Shown one piece after another: positions 58,113 through 64,000 of a stretch of DNA of 64,000 bases (positions within the stretch are counted from its first letter, which is position 1; each line of letters begins with the position of its first letter). The notes under the pieces were generated by a model. It did not search any database. It saw only the letters and a list, made by a program, of their open reading frames with translations, and was not told the origin of the DNA. Position numbers and translations under genes: made by a program. This stretch comes from Fidelibacterota bacterium (lineage in GTDB: Bacteria; Verrucomicrobiota; Kiritimatiellia; JAIPIQ01), in contig JAIPIQ010000001.1 in NCBI GenBank assembly GCA_021734645.1, forward strand, positions 3,422-67,421, read 5' to 3'.

Positions 58113-59288
58113 TCAGCCATTGTCCGGCCGGGCGTCCTTGCGGGCCAGCTTCTGGGCCACGGCCTCGACGACCTGCTCGACTGTGAGATGCTGCATGCAG
58201 TGGGCTTGGTCCGTGCAATAGCGGTCCCCGTAATGCGGGCAGGTGTGTGCCTGGCGGTCATACACGCAGTTGGCGGGATAGGTGGCGGGTTGCACGACGG
58301 TATTGAACGCGCCGGTGGGATCATAGGGGCGGCAGAACACGGGATTGGTGGGGCCGAACAGGGAAACCGTATGATGGGCCCGGTACCAGCGGCCGTTGGC
58401 GGCCTGAACCGCGCCGGGCGCGTCGGGCGCCGTCTCGCTGGCGGAACCGGCCATGTGATTGGCGAAGCTGTCATTCCCGACGGAGACCGTGAAGGCGCCG
58501 GAATGCAGCAGGCAGGCGTCAACCGCCAGGGTGGTTTCCTCGACCAGGTTGGTGACCAGGCCATCTTGAAAATGAGTGCGGGCGACCTGGCGGTCATAGT
58601 CCTGATTGGGGGCGAAGCGGCCGGCGCCCATGAGCACCACTTTGCACCCCAGGTCGTGCACAAGGATTTCGGCCAGGCGGCGGAAATGGGTCGCCGGCCA
58701 GATTTTACTGAACTGCGCGGATCCGGGATTGAGCGCCACGCTTTTCACTTCGCGCAGGCCCTCGCGCCGCGCAATGGCCTCGGCGGCGTCCATGGTCTGC
58801 GGGCTGAAAGGCAGGGCAAAGGAAACCGGGGTGTGCGCCACGCCCAGGTCGCGCAGGCCGCTCAGGTAGGCCTCAACCATGTGGCCGTCGGTCCGGCGCG
58901 GCAGGCACTGAGCCCGGGGGTGCAGCAGGCGCGCCAGCAGATACTCGCGCGCATCGCGCCGGTGCGGAATCAGCACCGTGCGGTCTCCTCCCCAGGGCAT
59001 GTACAGGCCCGTCTTGCCGCGGCCCTTGAGGTCGAGGAAGGTGGCGGTGCCGTCGGCCCGGGTTTGTCGGCGCACGGCCCGCGCCGTCGCCCGCCGCGTC
59101 GCCGGGCAGTCCACGTAGACGGCCTCGAGCAGGCCGTTCTTCATGATCTCGGCCAGGGGCTGCTGGACCTGCGAGACAACCAGTGAAACCGACTCGAACC
59201 GGGTCTTGAGGGCGTGAATGGTCGGCACGATCCAGACCAGGTCGCCCAGCCAGCCGGAATAGACAATCAGGATCCGATTCGGGTTCAT
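58113..59288 (-). CDS. Glycosyltransferase family 9 (heptosyltransferase-like) with a C-terminal Cys/His-rich extension
   Basis: Start at MNPNRILIVYSGWLGD, ...SLFGPTNP..., tail C..C..CPHYGDRYC..HC. Confidence 0.78.
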   Translation of the reverse strand: MNPNRILIVYSGWLGDLVWIVPTIHALKTRFESVSLVVSQVQQPLAEIMKNGLLEAVYVDCPATRRATARAVRRQTRADGTATFLDLKGRGKTGLYMPWGGDRTVLIPHRRDAREYLLARLLHPRAQCLPRRTDGHMVEAYLSGLRDLGVAHTPVSFALPFSPQTMDAAEAIARREGLREVKSVALNPGSAQFSKIWPATHFRRLAEILVHDLGCKVVLMGAGRFAPNQDYDRQVARTHFQDGLVTNLVEETTLAVDACLLHSGAFTVSVGNDSFANHMAGSASETAPDAPGAVQAANGRWYRAHHTVSLFGPTNPVFCRPYDPTGAFNTVVQPATYPANCVYDRQAHTCPHYGDRYCTDQAHCMQHLTVEQVVEAVAQKLARKDARPDNG

Positions 59289-60436
59289 GGGCGTGGCGCC
59301 ATTTCGGTTACGGCGGCCAGCACCCGTTCGGGCGTCAGGCCGCGCATACAGGATTTGGGCGGGCAACCGCGCCGGTAACAACGGCAGGCTTCCCGGGCGC
59401 CGCGGGGACCGCACGGCGCGTCCAGCGCGAGCACGCGATTCCACTGGCCCGCAGGCTGGTCCGGGAAATGCCGGGAGGGATCATAGGGCGCGTAGCGGCC
59501 CCAGTTGGTGGGCCCGAACAGAGAGACCGTGCGGTTGCGGGCATCCTCGCCCACTGAGCCAGCCATATGCATCGGTCCCGTATCGCAGCCGACGACCACG
59601 GCCGGAACGCCTGAATACCGCAGGAAATGGGCGTCGCGCTGCAGATGCAACGCCGGGGAGAGCCCGTTCGCGGTCACCAAATCGAGGCAGCGCTCGCCGT
59701 CTATCAGGCCCGCGGCGGTGAAGCGCTCGATTGTGTGGCGATCATAGTCGCCGTCGGCCGCAAAGGCCTGGGCGCCGGTCAGGGCCACGCGGTATCCCTG
59801 GGCGATGAGGTTTTGAGCCAGCGTTTGGATGTGTTCGGCGGGCCAGCGTTTGGTGTCGCGGCTTGCGCCCAGATTGATGGCCACCACGACGCCCGCGCGC
59901 AGATCGTGCCGGGCGATCAGGGCTTCGCATGCCGCGACGGCCTGCTCGGGCAGGGTGATTCGGAAGGAAAGGACGGGATCCGGCGCGCCCAGGAAGCGGG
60001 CCAAGGCCAGCAGTTCGTCCACCCGGTGCTGGCCGGCGGCCAGGCGGGGCATGGCCGTCGCCCAGGGGGTGTACAGCGCGCACAGACCCTTGCAATCCGC
60101 GCGGTGCGGGCGGAAGCGTTGGCCCCGGCGGCCGGTGAGCAACAGGCCGGCCTGGTCGTTCCCGGCCAGATCCAGCAGCGTGTCCACGCGCAGGGCCGTC
60201 AGTTTCCGGCGCACCTCCCAGGGGCTTGTCCCGCCGCCGATCACCAGCACTTCATCGGCCAGCAGGCCCTTTTGCGGTACCGCCAGCGGGGCCTGTTTTC
60301 GTTTGACCACCCAGGTGATATGCGCCTGCGCGAAGGCGCGGCGCAGGGTGTGGAGCGCCGGCAGCGCAAAAAAGAAGTCCCCGATGGCCTTCGGGTAGAC
60401 AATGGCCAGGCGCCGGATGGATTCCACGGAATGCAT
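59285..60436 (-). CDS. Glycosyltransferase family 9 paralogue (heptosyltransferase-like) with a C-terminal Cys-rich extension
   Basis: Start at MHSVESIRRLAIVYPKAIGDF, ...SLFGPTNW..., tail CGPRGAREACRCYRRGCPPKSC. Overlaps the downstream paralogue by 4 nt. Confidence 0.78.
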   Translation of the reverse strand: MHSVESIRRLAIVYPKAIGDFFFALPALHTLRRAFAQAHITWVVKRKQAPLAVPQKGLLADEVLVIGGGTSPWEVRRKLTALRVDTLLDLAGNDQAGLLLTGRRGQRFRPHRADCKGLCALYTPWATAMPRLAAGQHRVDELLALARFLGAPDPVLSFRITLPEQAVAACEALIARHDLRAGVVVAINLGASRDTKRWPAEHIQTLAQNLIAQGYRVALTGAQAFAADGDYDRHTIERFTAAGLIDGERCLDLVTANGLSPALHLQRDAHFLRYSGVPAVVVGCDTGPMHMAGSVGEDARNRTVSLFGPTNWGRYAPYDPSRHFPDQPAGQWNRVLALDAPCGPRGAREACRCYRRGCPPKSCMRGLTPERVLAAVTEMAPRP

Positions 60437-60500
60437 AATGCGGCGCAGCCTAGCAACCGGGGCATCGGGCGTAAAGTGAAAAGGCGTTCGCCGATTGACC

Positions 60501-60859
60501 GGGCGCAATCACGATTCACTGACCTGTGTTAGGCAGCGTTTGCGGCGTCGTCCCGATTCGAGCATACAGAATCACAAACGAACGCGGGAACGGACAAAGA
60601 AGCATGGGACCCGTTCCCGGGGTTCATTGGCCAACGCTTTGGAGTGCGGCAGCGTGGGCTGCCGCTTTGAGCGGCGAAGCGCTGCTTCGCTGCGGACCTG
60701 ACCAGGCGCCCGACCTGTCACTGATCCAAGCACCATGAAAAGCGGCAGCTCACGCTGCCGCACTCCATAGAACGCTCGCGGTCATCCCCCGCCTTCTATG
60801 TATTTTTTGCCTCTTTGGCCCCAATGACGGCCCACAGTCAGTGAATCGTGATTGCGCCC
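60501..60859. mobile_element. MITE-like non-coding element. Perfect 22-bp terminal inverted repeats (GGGCGCAATCACGATTCACTGA / TCAGTGAATCGTGATTGCGCCC) flank a 315-bp, highly hairpin-rich interior. Flanked by an 8-9-bp direct repeat (C)GATTGACC that looks like a target-site duplication.
   Basis: Read directly. It occupies the divergent intergenic region between the GT9 gene and the heptose-kinase-like gene. An invertible promoter switch is an alternative reading. Confidence 0.5.
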
Positions 60860-60897
60860 GATTGACCGGCGGGGGGATTTCCATTACTTTCAGGGCC

Positions 60898-61920
60898 ATG
60901 AAATGGCTGACGGTGGCGGAACTGGAAATATTGCTGGGGCGCCTGCCCGGTTTGCGGGTCGGCGTGCTGGGCGATTTTGCCCTGGATTGCTACTGGCCGG
61001 TGGCGCCGGCGGCGGCCCAGCACTCGGTCGAGACCGGCCGGTTGACCCGCCCGGTGGCGGGTCAGCGCTACGCCCCCGGCGCGGCGGGGAATGTGGTCGT
61101 GAATCTACTGGCGCTGGGGTGCGGCCGCGTATCGGCTTTCGGGGTGCTCGGGCGCGATCCGTGGGGGGCTGAACTCCGGCGGTTGCTGCGGGCGCGCAAG
61201 GCGGATACGACGGGCCTGCCCCGGCAGGCCGCTGATTGGGAAACGGTGGCCTACGTGAAACCGCATCGGCGAGGCGTCGAACAGAACCGGTTTGACTTCG
61301 GCGATTTCAACCGGTTGCATGACGACGTGGCCGATCAACTGGTCCAGCTCCTGGCGGACGCTTTGCCCGGTCTGGACGCAGTGGTGGTCAATGCGCAGGC
61401 GCGCGCCGGGATACATAGCGCGTATCTTCGCCGGCGCCTGGCGGCCCTGATCGGGCGGCATACGGCGCGCCTGTTCATTGTGGACAGCCGGGAACGGGGG
61501 GCGCTGTATCCCGGATGCCTGCTCAAGATCAACAACCTGGAGGCGGCGCGTTGTACGGGGCGGGTGAGTCCCGCCGGGGGCGCGCTGTCGCGCCGCCAGT
61601 CCCTCGCGGCGGCTGCGGCGCTGTTTGCCGAGCGGGACCGCCCGGTATTCGTCACCTGTGGCGCCCGGGGCATGCTGGTGCAGGATCAGACCGGCGTCAC
61701 GGAGGTGCCCGCCATTCCGCTGGGCGCAGCGGGCGACACCACTGGCGCGGGGGATGCCGCGCTGGCCGGCATCACGGCCGCGCTGGCTAGCGGCGCGCCG
61801 CCGGTCGCGGCGGCCGGCCTGGGCACCCTGGCCGCTGCGGTGTGCGTCGGCAAGCTGCGCCAGACCGGAACCGCCAGTCCCGACGAGATCCGGGCGCTGC
61901 TGCGCCGCCGTTCAGGCTAG
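60898..61920 (+). CDS. PfkB-family sugar kinase resembling the kinase domain of HldE/RfaE (D-glycero-beta-D-manno-heptose-7-phosphate kinase)
   Basis: Start at MKWLTVAELEILLG...VGVLGDFALDCYW. The GAGD motif is present. The annotated ORF start at 60841 lies inside the inverted repeat and is rejected. Confidence 0.72.
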   Translation: MKWLTVAELEILLGRLPGLRVGVLGDFALDCYWPVAPAAAQHSVETGRLTRPVAGQRYAPGAAGNVVVNLLALGCGRVSAFGVLGRDPWGAELRRLLRARKADTTGLPRQAADWETVAYVKPHRRGVEQNRFDFGDFNRLHDDVADQLVQLLADALPGLDAVVVNAQARAGIHSAYLRRRLAALIGRHTARLFIVDSRERGALYPGCLLKINNLEAARCTGRVSPAGGALSRRQSLAAAAALFAERDRPVFVTCGARGMLVQDQTGVTEVPAIPLGAAGDTTGAGDAALAGITAALASGAPPVAAAGLGTLAAAVCVGKLRQTGTASPDEIRALLRRRSG

Positions 61921-62616
61921 CCGCAGGGTTTCTTCGAGTACCGGGCGCCATTCATCCCCGGGCGGTATCTCGCGGAAAAGCCGTTCGAGCTGGAGCACCG
62001 TCTCCTCCGCGTGCGTCGGCACGCAGCCGACGACGGAGCAGAGATCAATGACGTATCCCCGCACCTGCTGGCGCAGGCAACTGCCGAGCCGGTCGGGCAC
62101 GACCCCCGCCTGCCGCAGTTGGGACGACAGGCCCGGCAATTTGCGCGGCATCCGGAAGACATTTTCCGACAGCAATCCGCAGGTCGGGCCCAGCGCGCGG
62201 GCGTCGCGCACGAAATGCTCGACGAAACAGACGCCCAGCGGCTGGGGGCCGAGTCCCGCCTGCCAGAGGCGGGCGCTGACCAGCCAGATTTCCGCCAACC
62301 GGCGCGCGAGCGGGGTCGCCAAGGCCCGGCGCCAATCGTCGGTCGTGTACCGGTTCTCGAGTATGGATCGCGGATCATTCAGCACATAATCCGGCGGGCG
62401 TGAGCTGTGAATGCAATCTGTCCGGCCGTTGGCCGCATAGAAGAGTTTCGCCTGCAATTTGGGCAGATAGAACATCCAGCTTCCCAACTTGATCCGCTGC
62501 CGCACCCCGTCGAGTGCCGCGGTCTTCCGGCGGCAATCAATAAGTAGTTCGTGGGCGTGGAGGATCCGCAGGGGATGACGGTGGGTTGGCGGAAGCCGGC
62601 GGCGAAACCTGATCAT
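61912..62616 (-). CDS. Hypothetical protein (possibly WbqC-like polysaccharide-cluster protein)
   Basis: 234 aa ORF with 4-nt overlaps to its neighbours. Weak family guess only. Confidence 0.4.
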   Translation of the reverse strand: MIRFRRRLPPTHRHPLRILHAHELLIDCRRKTAALDGVRQRIKLGSWMFYLPKLQAKLFYAANGRTDCIHSSRPPDYVLNDPRSILENRYTTDDWRRALATPLARRLAEIWLVSARLWQAGLGPQPLGVCFVEHFVRDARALGPTCGLLSENVFRMPRKLPGLSSQLRQAGVVPDRLGSCLRQQVRGYVIDLCSVVGCVPTHAEETVLQLERLFREIPPGDEWRPVLEETLRLA

Positions 62617-63323
62617 GATCCCTCGTTATGACTGCGTTGCCTGGAACCGTTGACGCAGCGGGCGCCCGGCACGGGATCCATCCGTGAGAACAGGTAAAAA
62701 TAATTGCACCGCGACGCATTGCGGAAGATCAAGCGTCGCGCCTCCATTTTCCAGCAACGCTCGCGCAGTCCCTCGATAAACGCCGATTCATCATGCACGT
62801 ACTGGGTTTTCCCTCCCGCGCGAATATTCCTGGCGGCCAGTACGGTTTTCATGCACAAGCGGGTCATCGCGCCGGCCCCGGCGGGAATCACGCTGCAGCC
62901 GGCGACGAGGAAACCGGCGCCGGACAACCCCAGGCGGGACACCGCCTGCATGGCTTTGTCGAAGGGCACCCAGTTCAGAAAACGCACGCAAACGGCCAGG
63001 TCCGCCTGGATCGCCGAAAAGTCATAATCAAAAATGCTGCCGACGGTCAGCGTGTACCCGGCCGTGCGCGGCCGTTTCGCGCCGGCTTGTTGCAGCATGT
63101 CGGCGGATATATCCACGCCATGCACCGTCGCCTGGATCCGGTCATACGCCGGAATCCAGCGTCCGGTGCCAAACGGGCAGTCAAGGATGACCGCTGGTTT
63201 CACGCAGTCGAGAAAGTGGTCGAAGGCCGCATTCTCGTTGCGCCAGCGCGGCGAGGTCGAGCGCTGTGAATCGTAGGTCGCCGCCACGGGCCCCTGGTAT
63301 CGTTTCTCGAGTGATTCAGGCAT
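62613..63323 (-). CDS. Class I SAM-dependent methyltransferase
   Basis: Motif I VILDCPFGTGRW followed by GVDIS (motif II region). Confidence 0.68.
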   Translation of the reverse strand: MPESLEKRYQGPVAATYDSQRSTSPRWRNENAAFDHFLDCVKPAVILDCPFGTGRWIPAYDRIQATVHGVDISADMLQQAGAKRPRTAGYTLTVGSIFDYDFSAIQADLAVCVRFLNWVPFDKAMQAVSRLGLSGAGFLVAGCSVIPAGAGAMTRLCMKTVLAARNIRAGGKTQYVHDESAFIEGLRERCWKMEARRLIFRNASRCNYFYLFSRMDPVPGARCVNGSRQRSHNEGS

Positions 63324-63936
63324 GATGTCCTTTCAGATAAATTTGGAGGATCCGCCGGGCCAAGCCCAGATCCATCGTACCGCACGCCACCAGCGGCCAT
63401 TGTTCCGCCGTCCGGGCGTCAACGACCGGGGGGCCTCTGCGCCGGAAAACGACGGGAACGTGTGTATTGCCCAATTCCACAAGCGCGGCTGCCCGGTGCT
63501 TGCCGCCGTTGACGAAAAAGCAAACGTCCTGGCCGTCCGTCATGAAATGCCCGTGGATATCCGCATGCCGGTCAGGCTGGTAACCACGTTTTCTTATGGC
63601 GGCGGCGACCTTGCAAAGCCGGCGGTACTCGAGGGTGATCTTGCGTGGCGTTGCCGGTCCGTAGAACGAGGTCCCGTCCTCGCCCGCAAGTCCCCGCTCG
63701 CCTCTGGGGGGCTTACGTTGATGCCGCATGGTCCAGGGCAGTTCCCACGGGGGCAACGTTTCGCCCCGGCAGCCCGTGGGGCGGAGGCCGTACATCTGCG
63801 CGATGTTCCCGGGGGTAAAGCGTTGATAGAAGGATTCCAGGCAAGCCGGACCTTCCCGCAAGGCCTGGACGAAGGGATGCGTGTCGTCGTACACGAACGC
63901 GCCCTGCATGCGCAGCATGTCCGCGGGCAAGACCAA
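63316..63936 (-). CDS. Hypothetical protein. The ORF may extend beyond the window edge.
   Basis: 206+ aa ORF co-oriented with the two downstream genes. No recognisable motifs. Confidence 0.35.
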   Translation of the reverse strand: MVLPADMLRMQGAFVYDDTHPFVQALREGPACLESFYQRFTPGNIAQMYGLRPTGCRGETLPPWELPWTMRHQRKPPRGERGLAGEDGTSFYGPATPRKITLEYRRLCKVAAAIRKRGYQPDRHADIHGHFMTDGQDVCFFVNGGKHRAAALVELGNTHVPVVFRRRGPPVVDARTAEQWPLVACGTMDLGLARRILQIYLKGHHA

Positions 63937-64000
63937 ACGGACGGGCGTTCTCTCAATCCAGTAGGTGTAGAGCAGTGCCTCGCGGGGATCGTGTATCGCG

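Noticed and set aside
60241-60900. Two ORFs on opposite strands both beginning MNRDCAR (60519 minus and 60841 plus)
   Set aside because: The shared N-terminus is simply the 22-bp terminal inverted repeat translated on each strand. The real starts are MHSVESIRR (60436, minus) and MKWLTVAEL (60898, plus).
63316-64000. Attempt to assign the last minus-strand ORF to a family (ATP-grasp or sugar-modifying enzyme)
   Set aside because: No convincing motifs could be read. Left as hypothetical.

Overview
High-GC (visibly >60% GC) bacterial chromosomal window with three parts. (1) 2-28,200: an almost uninterrupted ribosomal-protein/transcription superoperon on the + strand: rplK(partial)-rplA-rplJ-rplL-rpoB-rpoC, then rpsL-rpsG-fusA, the S10 and spc operons, secY-adk-map-infA-rpmJ, and rpsM-rpsK-rpsD-rpoA-rplQ. 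tuf and rpmD (L30) are absent from their usual positions, S14 is the Zn-type form, and L36 (37 aa) was missed by the ORF track. (2) 28,263-40,709: cell-shape and envelope housekeeping genes: mreB-mreC-mreD-mrdA(PBP2)-rodA-rng on + and, convergent to it, ftsH-folP-cdaA-cdaR-TPR on -. (3) 40,885-64,000: an accessory-rich region. It holds a lipoprotein gene, a RelE/ParE toxin-antitoxin pair with its own promoter, and a translationally coupled thyX-rubredoxin-amidohydrolase-MGMT cluster. It also holds a PEP-CTERM protein and a DUF192-fused fatty-acid desaturase. Next comes a tRNA-bounded Type I restriction-modification island (tRNA-Leu ... hsdM-DUF1016 nuclease-four-helix-bundle protein-hsdS-unknown ORF-hsdR ... 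tRNA-Glu). Downstream are an orphan feoC-like gene, tRNA-Cys, a sulfatase, two tandem GT9 glycosyltransferases, a MITE-like element with terminal inverted repeats, a heptose-kinase-like gene and three further minus-strand genes. The most novel content is in the R-M island: a triplicated hsdM 3' terminus bracketing the inserted cargo genes, an N-terminally truncated hsdM abutting tRNA-Leu, and an unrecognisable 259-aa ORF between hsdS and hsdR. No rRNA genes or CRISPR arrays were seen. The many long antisense ORFs in the track are GC-bias artefacts.
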